A DNA stretch of 64,000 nucleotides from Blastocatellia bacterium (lineage in GTDB: Bacteria > Acidobacteriota > Blastocatellia > UBA7656), in contig CAVXWP010000013.1 in NCBI GenBank assembly GCA_963765495.1, positions 96,001 to 160,000 of the forward strand, read 5' to 3'. This document shows positions 7,601 to 17,513 of the stretch, in pieces (position 1 is the stretch's first letter; every line of letters begins with the position of its first letter). Both the position numbers and the translations under genes were made by a program. The notes beneath the pieces were generated by a model. That model was not told the origin of the DNA and searched no databases. It saw only the letters and a list, made by a program, of their open reading frames with translations.

Positions 7601-9577
7601 ATGCAAGCAAACGAAATTCAACCACGCCCTAATCCCTACCTGAACCGGGTGGCGATCAAAGACCCGAAACAGTTTTTTGGACGCACAAGAGAAGTGGCCA
7701 AGATATTTTCGCGCATAGGCGCATCGCGCCCGCAATCGATCTCTGTCGTGGGCGAGCGGCGCATTGGCAAATCGAGCCTGCTTTATTACATCAATCATCC
7801 GGCAGTGCGCGCCCGATACCTCGACCGGAGTGATGCCTATACCTTTGTCTTTATCGACCTTCAGCAGAAGCGACGGCTCACGCTGACCGATTTTTTCAAG
7901 GAGTTGTTCGCGCTCATCGCAAGAGAGACCCGTGACGAATCCTTCACAACTCTTGATCCCGTTTTCGATTCCGTCCGCGTAATGCTTGAAGACTTTCGCC
8001 GCGAAGAGCGAAAGCTCATAGTGCTGTTCGACGAATTCGATGCCATCACGGCAAATAGCGCCTTTGATCTGGAGTTTTATTCTTTTCTGCGCTCAATCGC
8101 CAACAACTATGATGTAGCTTATGTGACAAGCTCGGCGCGCGATCTCCAGGAACTCTGCTACACGCAACTGATAGCCGACTCTCCGTTCTTCAACATCTTC
8201 ACAAATGTTTTTCTTCGCGCCTTCACGCGCAAGGAGGCGCTTGAGCTGATCACGCGACCCTCGGAAGAAGCCGCGCAACCGCTGGCAGGTTATGCCCGCC
8301 GCATCACGGAGATAGCCGGTTACTTTCCTTACTTTTTACAGATCGCCTGCTCGACCTATTACGACCACCTGCTTGAAAACGAGGGCAAGCTCGACCGCGA
8401 AGAGGTTGAAGCGACCTTTCTTGACGAAGCCAAAGGTCAGTTCCGGTTTATCTGGGATCACATGAACGAAGGGCAGCGCAGGTGCATACGCGATTTTCTC
8501 TCCGAAGGCCGCGTTGAAAAAGAGCAGGAGCACATCTACGAAGACCTCAAGCGCGCCGGTTATTTTATAGAAGATGATCGGGGGCCGCGAATATTTTCCA
8601 ATCTGTTTTCGACTGTAGTCTCGCGTCAGCGAGTCATCACAAGCGAACTGCGCGAAACCGACAGGGCAGTCCTCGCCGTGCACGACGGAAAGACCGAGAA
8701 GGTCCTGGCTCCGCCCCTGATCGAGCCCAAAGGTCACATAGGCCGTTTCGACATAGTGCGCTCTTTAGGCGCGGGCGGCATGGGCGAGATATTCGAAGCC
8801 TACGACACGGAGCTTCATCGCACGGTCGCAATAAAGGTACTGGCCTCGAAATATGTCGAGGACGATACGATGAAGCAGCGATTCCTCAGAGAAGCGCGCA
8901 TGGCATCGCAACTCAATCATCCGAATATCGCCACGATATACGAAATAGGTGAAGCGGCGGGCAATCCTTACATAATCATGGAGATGGTCGTGGGCGTAAC
9001 GCTTGCGGATCGTTTGATGAACGGCCCTTTCGATCTGAAATCCGTCGCAGACATCGGCATACAATCGGCTGAGGCGCTTGCGGAGGCTCACGAGCGCGGC
9101 GTGGTCCACCGCGACATCAAGACCTCGAACATTATGATAAATGATCGCGGGAAAGTGAAAGTGCTCGATTTCGGTCTGGCAAAACCCCTGCCTGTGGTAA
9201 ACAAGCAAAAGAGCAAGACCCGGCTCACGGAATCGGGCATACTGATCGGGACCGTGAATTATATGTCGCCCGAACAGGCTACGGGGCGAGGCGAGGTCAA
9301 TCACCTCTCCGACATATTCTCGCTGGGCGTCGTTTTATACGAGATAACCTGCGGGCGGCTGCCATTTGAAGGGGACACATACTTTCAGACTATCGAAGCG
9401 ATCAATAAACGCAAGCCCTCTCCCGTAAAGAAACACCGCGAAGACGCGCCTGATCGGCTCATAGCGATAATCGAGCGTATGCTTAAAAAAGACTCTGCCG
9501 AGCGCTATCAATCGGCCCATGATGTAGCGCAAGACCTGGCCCGGATCAACGCATCCGATTTGCAACAGGGTGAGTGA
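7601..9577 (+). CDS. STAND-like P-loop NTPase fused to a C-terminal Hanks-type Ser/Thr protein kinase
   Basis: NTPase: NPY...FFGR, GERRIGKSS, VLFDEFD, GYFPYFLQ. Kinase: GAGGMG, VAIK, HRDIKTSN, DFG, YMSPEQ, SDIFSLG. No TM segment seen. Confidence 0.88.
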   Translation: MQANEIQPRPNPYLNRVAIKDPKQFFGRTREVAKIFSRIGASRPQSISVVGERRIGKSSLLYYINHPAVRARYLDRSDAYTFVFIDLQQKRRLTLTDFFKELFALIARETRDESFTTLDPVFDSVRVMLEDFRREERKLIVLFDEFDAITANSAFDLEFYSFLRSIANNYDVAYVTSSARDLQELCYTQLIADSPFFNIFTNVFLRAFTRKEALELITRPSEEAAQPLAGYARRITEIAGYFPYFLQIACSTYYDHLLENEGKLDREEVEATFLDEAKGQFRFIWDHMNEGQRRCIRDFLSEGRVEKEQEHIYEDLKRAGYFIEDDRGPRIFSNLFSTVVSRQRVITSELRETDRAVLAVHDGKTEKVLAPPLIEPKGHIGRFDIVRSLGAGGMGEIFEAYDTELHRTVAIKVLASKYVEDDTMKQRFLREARMASQLNHPNIATIYEIGEAAGNPYIIMEMVVGVTLADRLMNGPFDLKSVADIGIQSAEALAEAHERGVVHRDIKTSNIMINDRGKVKVLDFGLAKPLPVVNKQKSKTRLTESGILIGTVNYMSPEQATGRGEVNHLSDIFSLGVVLYEITCGRLPFEGDTYFQTIEAINKRKPSPVKKHREDAPDRLIAIIERMLKKDSAERYQSAHDVAQDLARINASDLQQGE

Positions 9578-9591
9578 GACAAACAGGGATT

Positions 9592-9651
9592 TTTGACAGG
9601 ATTAACAGGGTTTAAAACGATTCAACCGTGTTCTCTGTTAATCCTGTCAAA
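9592..9651. repeat. REP-like hairpin built on the ACAGGATTA nonamer, between convergent genes
   Basis: Perfect 17-bp IR TTTGACAGGATTAACAG / CTGTTAATCCTGTCAAA. A related copy lies at 47470-47540. Confidence 0.85.
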
Positions 9652-9709
9652 GAACGCCCTCGAGCTTTTCAGCCGATAGGGCTTTTAACGAGCAGGCTCA
9701 TCTTTTCGA

Positions 9710-10381
9710 TCAGACTTCTCTGCGATGATGATCGGGGCTGATTGAAATCTCATCATCGTAAGTGGATTCGCGTGTGAACATCACAAAACCTACGCCGATA
9801 ATGACGAGCAACAGCACCAGCACGATCACCAGAAAATACCAGGGCAGATTTGGCTGATCCGGGTTATCGCGCCCGCCGATTGCCAGCAGCACAAACGGGC
9901 CTACGACCGCGCCAACCAGTCCCAGAACCAGTGCCACCCGGTCAATCATACCTTCCTGCGGCACTTTCACGTGCCAGCCGCTGTAGGCTCCAACGGTTGC
10001 CGCGATCAGCGAAAGCCCGAGCAAAAGCAGGCTTCGTCCGGCAAAGGCGAGATGCCCGGTCTCATCGCTGAGCAGAAGTCCGGTCACAAACTGAGGCTTG
10101 TTGGATTCGGGCAATATCAGATAGATCAGCGCGCTCAACACGAGCGTCGAAACCGCCACGATCACCGCGTCGCCTATTCGCAGTTCTTCGCTCATCCAGC
10201 CGATGACGAATCCCCCGACAAAGAACGTGCCCAGCGTTATCCCCAGAACATACAGCGATATAGTGCCCTCTCCGAGATTCGTCCCTGTAAAGGCAATGCC
10301 GGTGTAGATTAACGAGAGTATTACCTGAAGCCCGAACGTGAAGCCGAGCCCGACTAACATCCATTTGATACGATCCTTCAT
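9710..10381 (-). CDS. Hypothetical polytopic membrane protein
   Basis: About 6 hydrophobic segments; GGAGG RBS before ATG 10381 (MKDRIKW). Confidence 0.75.
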   Translation of the reverse strand: MKDRIKWMLVGLGFTFGLQVILSLIYTGIAFTGTNLGEGTISLYVLGITLGTFFVGGFVIGWMSEELRIGDAVIVAVSTLVLSALIYLILPESNKPQFVTGLLLSDETGHLAFAGRSLLLLGLSLIAATVGAYSGWHVKVPQEGMIDRVALVLGLVGAVVGPFVLLAIGGRDNPDQPNLPWYFLVIVLVLLLVIIGVGFVMFTRESTYDDEISISPDHHRREV

Positions 10382-10715
10382 TATTGAACCCCTCCTTGCG
10401 CCACGGCTCACACAGCCTGTGGTCCCACGCTGTTCCAATAAATTGTTTGTAAATCCCTACATGCGCGTATGTACGATCTGGCAACCCCGACGAGTTCCTC
10501 AAACGTATTATCGTTCAAACTCAGCGATAATGTTGCAGATCAAATCGAGGATAAGTTGCGCCGTTCGATTTGGTCCGGGTTGAGTCGTTGATCGGGATTT
10601 CAATCTCTCCTCTCACAACTCGTCTTTGAGCCCATCTTAGTCCTGTGTGAGGCTGGTGTCAAAGCCCGCAAGACGGGAGTAATTAGCAAAGCAGGCCAAG
10701 AACCGGCGTGAAGAA

Positions 10716-12719
10716 TCAGGCGACTCCAACCAGGCGCAAACCCTGAACGACCGCCGAAGAGAGCAGATACCCGATTCCCGTATAAAAGAGAAGCTGCAAC
10801 CCGGCCATGCGCCAGGAATTGGTTTCGCTGCGGATGACCGCAACCGTCGAAAGGCATTGAAGCGAGAAGAAGAAGAAAACGATCATTCCCAGAATAGATG
10901 AAGGCGTAAAGACCCGCCGGGAAGTGCCGGAAAAGGTGGCCGTGCGCAACTGCTCTAAAAGCCCTTCCTGCCCCGTATCATTGTCGTCGGCCACGTGAAA
11001 GACTATTGCCATAGAGCTTACAAAAACCTCGCGCGCCGCAAAGGCCGAGATCAGCCCAACCCCAACCCTCCAATCAACACCCATAGGCTTGAGGACCGGT
11101 TCTATAGTTTGTCCCAACTGCGCGGCAAATGAGTGATCCAATTCGCTCGTGCTGATCACGGACGACGAGCGGTTCTCAGATGTTGCAGGCTGACGGGATG
11201 TGAATCCGAAGTTTGAGAGCAGCCAGAGGCAGGCGGAGATTATTACTATTGGCGTCCCTGCCTTTTTCAGATAAGCCGATGACCGGCTCCAGGTGATTCT
11301 AAGCGTCGGTTTGACCAGAGGTTTTCGATATGCAGGCATCTCCATCGCAAGCATCGAAGAGGCGCGCTTGCGCAAAATCAAGCGGCTTATCAACCCGGCT
11401 GTGAGCGATCCAATAAGCAGGCTCAGCACATAAATAGACGCGAGACTGAGTCCTGAAAGCCACGGAGAGGCGGGAAGCAGGGCGGCAAGCAGCAGCGCGT
11501 AAACAGGAAGCCGCGCGCTGCAACTCATCAAAGGAATGATCCAGATCGTAAGCAATCGCTCGCGCTTTGAAGGTATCGTGCGCGCTGCAAGTACCGCAGG
11601 AATCGCGCAGGCGAAACCGCTCAGCATCGGCACAAAAGAGCGTCCGTGCAGTCCAAGAAAGGAGAGAGGACGGTCTACGAGCGCCGCGCCGCGTGCCAGA
11701 TAACCCGAATCTTCAAGCAGGGTCATCAGGAAAAAGAGGATTATTATCTGAGGGAAAAAGACCGCAACCGCGCCGACTCCGCCTATCAACCCATCGGCTA
11801 TGAAACGGGCCAGAATCCCGTCGGGCAGAACTCGCAACACGAGCTGTCCGGCCTGGCCAAATCCAGCTTCGATCAGATCCATAAAGGGTTTGGCAGCCCA
11901 GAATATTGCGGCGAATAATCCCATCAGGATGGTAAAAAATATGGGGAACCCAAAATAACGATTCAAGACTATGCGATCAATGCGCGAGGTAAACGAGTCT
12001 GTAGCCAGAGCCATCGGATTGCCGCGTTTAAGCGCCCCGCTCTTTTCGAGCAGTTCGCGGATTATTTTGTAAGCAGCAACCGGCTCATCGGGCAACGACG
12101 CAAGCGCGCTTGCCTGTCCGTTTGTCTCGGCAAACTGGCGGCGCAATCGAGTGACAAGTTCGGCAGCGCCCCATCCGGTGCGTCCGTCTACAGGTATGAC
12201 CGGGACTCGCAGCGCCGCTTCGAGTTTAGCTACGCTGACCGTTTGATTTGTACGAGCGAGCAAATCCGTCATCGTGAGCGCCACAACAAACGGCTTCCCC
12301 TGCCGGGCAGCAAAGGCGGCAAACTTTAGATGGCGCTCCAATTGATTGGCATCTACGACGATTATCAGCGCGTCGGGCTTGACCGAATGATGGCGGCCTT
12401 CAAGCACCTGGCAGGAGAGGGCTTCCTCCGGGGAAGGCGAGAAAGGGCTATGGACACCGGGCAAATCCACAAGCGTCAATTGAGGACCGAATTCCGATTT
12501 TGATTTGCCGCGCGACAATGCTACGGTCACACCCGGATAGTTAGCCGTGTGAAAACTGCCGCCCGTAAGCGCGTTCATCAGCGCAGTCTTTCCGGCATTG
12601 GGCATACCAACAAGACAGACCGTAGCCGGCCCTGCCTGTAGCTTTGCCTCTTCGGACTGTGTGTGTGGGGCCCGGGTGTCGGGTTTTGTGATGGTTACTT
12701 CTACTGAACCTGTATCCAC
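10716..12719 (-). CDS. feoB: Ferrous iron transporter FeoB
   Basis: G1 GMPNAGKT, ANYPGVT and DLPG; membrane gate motifs GFACAIPA, PLMSCSARLP and AREVFVS. Confidence 0.95.
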   Translation of the reverse strand: MDTGSVEVTITKPDTRAPHTQSEEAKLQAGPATVCLVGMPNAGKTALMNALTGGSFHTANYPGVTVALSRGKSKSEFGPQLTLVDLPGVHSPFSPSPEEALSCQVLEGRHHSVKPDALIIVVDANQLERHLKFAAFAARQGKPFVVALTMTDLLARTNQTVSVAKLEAALRVPVIPVDGRTGWGAAELVTRLRRQFAETNGQASALASLPDEPVAAYKIIRELLEKSGALKRGNPMALATDSFTSRIDRIVLNRYFGFPIFFTILMGLFAAIFWAAKPFMDLIEAGFGQAGQLVLRVLPDGILARFIADGLIGGVGAVAVFFPQIIILFFLMTLLEDSGYLARGAALVDRPLSFLGLHGRSFVPMLSGFACAIPAVLAARTIPSKRERLLTIWIIPLMSCSARLPVYALLLAALLPASPWLSGLSLASIYVLSLLIGSLTAGLISRLILRKRASSMLAMEMPAYRKPLVKPTLRITWSRSSAYLKKAGTPIVIISACLWLLSNFGFTSRQPATSENRSSSVISTSELDHSFAAQLGQTIEPVLKPMGVDWRVGVGLISAFAAREVFVSSMAIVFHVADDNDTGQEGLLEQLRTATFSGTSRRVFTPSSILGMIVFFFFSLQCLSTVAVIRSETNSWRMAGLQLLFYTGIGYLLSSAVVQGLRLVGVA

Positions 12720-12919
12720 GAAGCTTCCCGCCGTCTGAGCGCCAGGCGCATGCCGCGCACCAAAACAACCAGTGGATCACCGAGAGGGACAGCCTGAACG
12801 ACCGCCATCTCTTCACCCGGCGTAATGCCTAAATCGAGCAGCCTGCGGCATTCTTCTTCCGGCCCTTCAAGGCGATCTACCTGATGCCACATATTGAGCG
12901 GCGCTTCCAGCAAACTCAT
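12701..12919 (-). CDS. feoA: Ferrous iron transport protein FeoA
   Basis: RRLLDLGITPG...PLGDP...LALRRREA, directly upstream of feoB. Confidence 0.92.
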   Translation of the reverse strand: MSLLEAPLNMWHQVDRLEGPEEECRRLLDLGITPGEEMAVVQAVPLGDPLVVLVRGMRLALRRREASWIQVQ

Positions 12920-12942
12920 GATTATTCCCCTTGCCTAAGCAT

Positions 12943-12992
12943 GGTAATGATATTCACTATAACCTTAGAGCTTAATAATGAAATTCATTTTC
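12943..12992. promoter_or_regulatory. Two Fur-box-like operators upstream of feoAB
   Basis: GGTAATGATATTCACTATA (12943-12961) and AATAATGAAATTCATTTTC (12974-12992) each match GATAATGATAATCATTATC at 15/19. A minus-strand TTGACA lies at about 13040. Confidence 0.75.
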
Positions 12993-13137
12993 ATTTCTGA
13001 CTACAAGCGGAAGGATATAATTAAAAGGAGGGGTTGTCAACCGTTTTGTCGGTTATCATTTAACTGATGTCACGGACAAGGGACAAAGCCCCAAACTTGC
13101 TTTTTCGACTGACGGCCCGCAATATCATTTCCAGCGC

Positions 13138-14841
13138 GTGCCAGATAACAGGATCAGGATAGTGAGCGACATAGTCGAAAGGGTCTTGAATTTCATCGAG
13201 CACCATACAATGCTCGATAAATCGAGAGGCATAGTAGTGGCAGTAAGCGGCGGCCCCGACTCGGTGGCGCTGCTGGATATATTTGTGGGATTGGCCCGTC
13301 GTCCGCGCCTTCACGTAGCGCATTTGAACCATCAACTGCGAGGCCCGGAATCGGATGACGACGCCGAGTTTGTTCGCCTTTTGGCCGAAAAACTTGGCCT
13401 TTCGGCCACTGTGGGCGCAGCCGATGTGCGAGCGGCGGCTCAACTGTCGGGGCGGGGCATCGAAGAGACGGCGCGTGAAATCAGATATGATTTTTTGCTT
13501 CAAACGGCACGAGAGCAGGATTGTGACCGCATCACGACCGGCCACACCATGACCGATCAGGCAGAGACTTTTTTGATGAGACTCGCGCGCGGCTCAGGAC
13601 TTCGCGGTCTCGCCGCGATGCGCCCGGTGTCAGAGGCGCACTTCTTCTGCGAAGAAGTGCGCCGGGGGCCGGGGGCCGGGGGCCAGGGGCCGGTACTGAC
13701 TGAGGCGACATACAATCAAAGAGTGATAGAAGCTCAGAAAACAAATGAGGATTCCAGGCTCGATTTACCCCGGCCCCCGGCCCCCGGCCCCCGGCCCCTG
13801 CTCATCCGGCCCCTGCTCATCCGCCCTCTGCTTTGCCTCACTCGCGAAGAGGTAGAAGAACATTGCCAAACGCGCGGGCTGATGTTTCGCACAGACTCGA
13901 CCAATCTTGTGCCTGATTACACACGCAATCAGGTGCGGCTCAATGTGCTGCCCGCGCTTCGGGCGATCAATCCGCAAGCGGTCAGGTCTATAGCGCGCGC
14001 ATCCGAAATCATTGCGCGAGACCAGGACGCGCTCGAAATCCTTGCCTGTTCATTGCTCGACGAGGCGCGAGTCTGCGCGTCGGGCGAGTGCCCGGCGGGT
14101 CAGGAGTCTGCTGCTTACAGGGTCGCGGCTCTTCTTGCACAGCCCCGTGGTTTGAGGCGGCGAATGATCGTCGAAGCAATAAATCGAGCGCGCACGCGCC
14201 CGGATCAGCCCGGGCCGAGCGATGCCGGAATACTTTCTCTCTCTCCGCCCCCATCTGTGCGCCGGACACAGATAGATTCAAGGCATATAGATCAGGCAGA
14301 GCATTTGTTGGATAATCGTATGAGCGGTAAGCGAGTCCATTTGCCGGATGGGCTGGAAATCTGGCGCGAGTTTGATGCGCTTCGTTTTGAGATCAAAAGC
14401 GGCTATCCTGATAATGGATACGCTTTCGAGTTAAGCGTCGCGCGACCGGAAATAGAAGCAGGCGGTTTTCGCATCATGCTGCTGCGTGGAGAGCCGGGCC
14501 ATCTGCTTCGAGAGAAAATTGCCGAGGTTATGAGAGAGAAAAACCGTGGGGGAAGAGATTGGATGATTGCCGTGCTTGATGATCCGGCGTTGCCTGAAAC
14601 TCTTGTCGTAAGGCCGCGCGGACCGGGCGAAACCGCCCACGTTCTGGGACAGCTTAAGATAAAGAAGTTGAAAAACTTGATGATTGGCCATAGAATCCCT
14701 TCTAGCCGTCGGGCCATCTGGCCTGTGGTGGCAACCACTGACGGTCGGTATGTGTGGTCGCCCGGACTGCCCCCTGCCGTAGAATTCACCGCACGAGACG
14801 AGACTCACCGCCTTGCCGTCTTGCGGGCTTCAAGCGTTTGA
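13138..14841 (+). CDS. tilS: tRNA(Ile)-lysidine synthetase
   Basis: VAVSGGPDS, GHTMTDQAETFLMRLARGSG, RPLL, DSTN and YTRNQVR; tilS-hpt-ftsH synteny. Confidence 0.95.
   Translation: MPDNRIRIVSDIVERVLNFIEHHTMLDKSRGIVVAVSGGPDSVALLDIFVGLARRPRLHVAHLNHQLRGPESDDDAEFVRLLAEKLGLSATVGAADVRAAAQLSGRGIEETAREIRYDFLLQTAREQDCDRITTGHTMTDQAETFLMRLARGSGLRGLAAMRPVSEAHFFCEEVRRGPGAGGQGPVLTEATYNQRVIEAQKTNEDSRLDLPRPPAPGPRPLLIRPLLIRPLLCLTREEVEEHCQTRGLMFRTDSTNLVPDYTRNQVRLNVLPALRAINPQAVRSIARASEIIARDQDALEILACSLLDEARVCASGECPAGQESAAYRVAALLAQPRGLRRRMIVEAINRARTRPDQPGPSDAGILSLSPPPSVRRTQIDSRHIDQAEHLLDNRMSGKRVHLPDGLEIWREFDALRFEIKSGYPDNGYAFELSVARPEIEAGGFRIMLLRGEPGHLLREKIAEVMREKNRGGRDWMIAVLDDPALPETLVVRPRGPGETAHVLGQLKIKKLKNLMIGHRIPSSRRAIWPVVATTDGRYVWSPGLPPAVEFTARDETHRLAVLRASSV
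13661..13798. repeat. Heptamer tandem-repeat hairpin inserted in frame inside tilS
   Basis: (GCCGGGG)n at 13661-13693 and (CCCCGGC)n at 13768-13798. Confidence 0.85.
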
Positions 14842-14887
14842 CTTTTGATCTGGAATCAATGGTTCCGACGCGCTGGGGACAATTAAC

Positions 14888-15400
14888 ATGGAAACGACTC
14901 TCCGTATCCTATATTCCAAAGATGTGATTCAAAATCGCATAATCACGCTTGCCGAAGAGATAGCTGCCCGCCTCGCCGGGGATGACCTGACGGTTGTCGG
15001 CATACTTGATGATACTTTCATATTCCTCGCCGATTTGATTCGCGCGCTTGATATAGAGATGAGTTGCTGCTTTATGAATGTTGCGCGCCACCGTCACGGC
15101 GGGCAGACCGAAGTGGTATTTACAAGCGAATTCGATCCCCGCGGACGCAATATTTTACTGGTTGGAGGCGTAGTCGCCACGGGAGTAACGCTTGAGTACA
15201 TCACCAGGCAACTGGGCGATAGGGGCTTGAAATCCCTTCACACCTGTGTGCTCGTAGACAAACCTGGCGAGCGGCGCGTTGATCTTACACCCGATTTCGC
15301 CGCCTTTAAAAGCGATGAAGGTTTTTTGTTCGGCTACGGGCTGGGAATTCAGAACCAATTTCGTCAGCTTCCGTATTTGGCAGTGATGGATGGTCAATAA
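14888..15400 (+). CDS. hpt: Hypoxanthine phosphoribosyltransferase homolog with degenerate catalytic motifs
   Basis: HPRT scaffold motifs FIFLADL, LVDKP..R and FGYGL...RQLPY, but the PRPP loop reads VGGVVATG instead of VEDIIDSG. Confidence 0.8.
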   Translation: METTLRILYSKDVIQNRIITLAEEIAARLAGDDLTVVGILDDTFIFLADLIRALDIEMSCCFMNVARHRHGGQTEVVFTSEFDPRGRNILLVGGVVATGVTLEYITRQLGDRGLKSLHTCVLVDKPGERRVDLTPDFAAFKSDEGFLFGYGLGIQNQFRQLPYLAVMDGQ

Positions 15401-15445
15401 CCTCCCATCGCAAGAAAGGTACAACAAAGCTACGCGAGTCGGTTA

Positions 15446-15474
15446 TTGCGCATCAAAATGATGTAGGCTAGAAT
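15446..15474 (+). promoter_or_regulatory. Sigma70-type promoter of ftsH
   Basis: TTGCGC-17 bp-TAGAAT; GGAGG RBS before the TTG start. Confidence 0.5.
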
Positions 15475-15518
15475 TTTAACCAGACGCATAGGCGTTCTTT
15501 ATTATTGGAGGTACCAGG

Positions 15519-17429
15519 TTGAACTCAACAGTCAGGCAGATAATTTTTTGGGTTGTGATAATCGGGGGCGCATTCCTTCTCTACCAGCTCTTTGCCGGTA
15601 GGAGCGCGAAACAGGAACAGGTTCTTCCTTACACACAACTCCTGGATAAGGTCAACGCTGGCGAGGTCAAGAAGGCCACTATCGAAGAGGCTCACGGAAT
15701 AAAGGGTGAGTTGAAGTCCGGCGGAGAATTCACAACCGAGCTTAGCAATGAGTTCGTTCAGCGCGATATTGCCGAAGCGATGACAAAGGCCGGCGTAGAG
15801 GTCTCTTTCAAGAGCGCTTCTTCGAGCCAGTGGCTCATCGGCTTGATCAGCTACGCGCCTCTGCTGATTTTTATAGGATTATGGATCTTCATGATGCGGC
15901 AGATGCAATCGGGCGGCAACAAGGCTCTCTCGTTTGGCAAGTCGCGGGCAAAGCTTCTCAGCAATCAGCAAAAGCGCGTGACTTTTAAGGATGTCGCGGG
16001 CGTTGAAGAAGCCAAAGAAGAACTGCAAGAGATTATAGAATTTCTGAAAGAGCCGCAGAAGTTTCAGAAACTCGGCGGACGTATCCCGAAAGGCGTATTG
16101 ATGATGGGCCCGCCCGGCACAGGCAAGACCCTGCTTGCGCGCGCTATCGCGGGCGAAGCCAACGTGCCGTTCTTTTCTATCTCGGGCTCGGACTTTGTAG
16201 AGATGTTTGTCGGCGTGGGCGCAAGTCGTGTGCGTGATCTGTTCGAGCAGGGCAAGAAAAACGCTCCCTGCATCATCTTTATTGATGAGATAGACGCCGT
16301 AGGCCGCCATCGCGGTGCCGGACTTGGAGGCGGTCACGACGAGCGCGAGCAGACGCTCAATCAGTTACTGGTCGAGATGGACGGGTTTGAATCAAATGAC
16401 GGCGTGATCCTGATCGCTTCAACCAATCGTCCCGACGTTTTAGACCCGGCGCTGCTCAGACCCGGTCGCTTCGACCGTCGCGTAGTAGTGCAGAGGCCGG
16501 ATGTCAAAGGCCGCGAGGGGATACTTGCGGTTCACACGCGCAAGATTCCGCTCGGCGATGACGTGGATATAAACGTGATCGCGCGCGGAACCCCGGGCTT
16601 TACCGGCGCAGACCTTGCCAACCTCGTAAACGAGGCGGCGCTCAATGCCGCTCGCTACAATCGTAAAGCGGTTTCGATGCTCGATTTTGAGTGGGCCAAA
16701 GACAAGGTGCTGATGGGCAGCGAGCGCCGTTCGATAGTGATGTCGAACGAAGAGAAGCGCAACACGGCCTATCACGAAGCGGGCCACACGCTTGTGGGCA
16801 TCAAAGTGCCGAATGCCGATCCTATTCACAAGGTCTCGATAATCCCGCGAGGCATGGCGCTTGGCGTGACGATGCAGTTGCCCGAAGCCGACCGCTATTC
16901 GCATACGCGAGATTACCTCGAAGGTCAGGTCGCCATTATGATGGGCGGTCGAATTGCGGAAGAGATTTTCCTCAATCACATGACGACGGGCGCCTCAAAC
17001 GACATTGAGAAGGCGACCGAGCTTGCCCGCAGAATGGTCTGCGAGTTTGGCATGTCGAGTCTGGGACCGATCACCTTTGGCAAGAAGGAAGAGCAGATTT
17101 TCCTCGGGCGCGAGATCGCTCAGCATCAGGACTACAGCGAAGACACTGCCATCAAGATAGATCAGGAAGTAAAGCGGATCGTGATGGAGCAGTACAATCG
17201 GGCGCGCCAGATAATCGTTGAAAACAAGGACGCGCTTATACGGCTTGCTGAAGCTCTGCTTGAGCGCGAATCGCTCGACTCATTGCAGATTCGCCGACTG
17301 GTAGCGGGCCTCCCGCTCGACGATGATTCGGGACCTGCGCCGAGACGCGAAGATAAACCCAAGGCTGAACATAAACCGTCTATGCTCAACCCGATCATCC
17401 CGCCGATAACCGGCGACGCTACAGCCTAA
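15519..17429 (+). CDS. ftsH: ATP-dependent zinc metalloprotease FtsH
   Basis: Two N-terminal TM helices, [16 protein letters not shown], the SRH region and HEAGH. Confidence 0.98.
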   Translation: MNSTVRQIIFWVVIIGGAFLLYQLFAGRSAKQEQVLPYTQLLDKVNAGEVKKATIEEAHGIKGELKSGGEFTTELSNEFVQRDIAEAMTKAGVEVSFKSASSSQWLIGLISYAPLLIFIGLWIFMMRQMQSGGNKALSFGKSRAKLLSNQQKRVTFKDVAGVEEAKEELQEIIEFLKEPQKFQKLGGRIPKGVLMMGPPGTGKTLLARAIAGEANVPFFSISGSDFVEMFVGVGASRVRDLFEQGKKNAPCIIFIDEIDAVGRHRGAGLGGGHDEREQTLNQLLVEMDGFESNDGVILIASTNRPDVLDPALLRPGRFDRRVVVQRPDVKGREGILAVHTRKIPLGDDVDINVIARGTPGFTGADLANLVNEAALNAARYNRKAVSMLDFEWAKDKVLMGSERRSIVMSNEEKRNTAYHEAGHTLVGIKVPNADPIHKVSIIPRGMALGVTMQLPEADRYSHTRDYLEGQVAIMMGGRIAEEIFLNHMTTGASNDIEKATELARRMVCEFGMSSLGPITFGKKEEQIFLGREIAQHQDYSEDTAIKIDQEVKRIVMEQYNRARQIIVENKDALIRLAEALLERESLDSLQIRRLVAGLPLDDDSGPAPRREDKPKAEHKPSMLNPIIPPITGDATA

Positions 17430-17440
17430 CGGCTCTTTCG

Positions 17441-17513
17441 GAGTTTTGAGTTTTGAATTTTGAGTTTTGAGTTTTTGCTCAATTCCATAATTCAAAACTC
17501 AAAACTCAAAACT
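17441..17513. repeat. Heptamer hairpin (GAGTTTT)n ... (TCAAAAC)n between convergent ftsH and dtd
   Basis: Five left units and three to four right units; the right arm overlaps the dtd stop codon. Confidence 0.85.
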
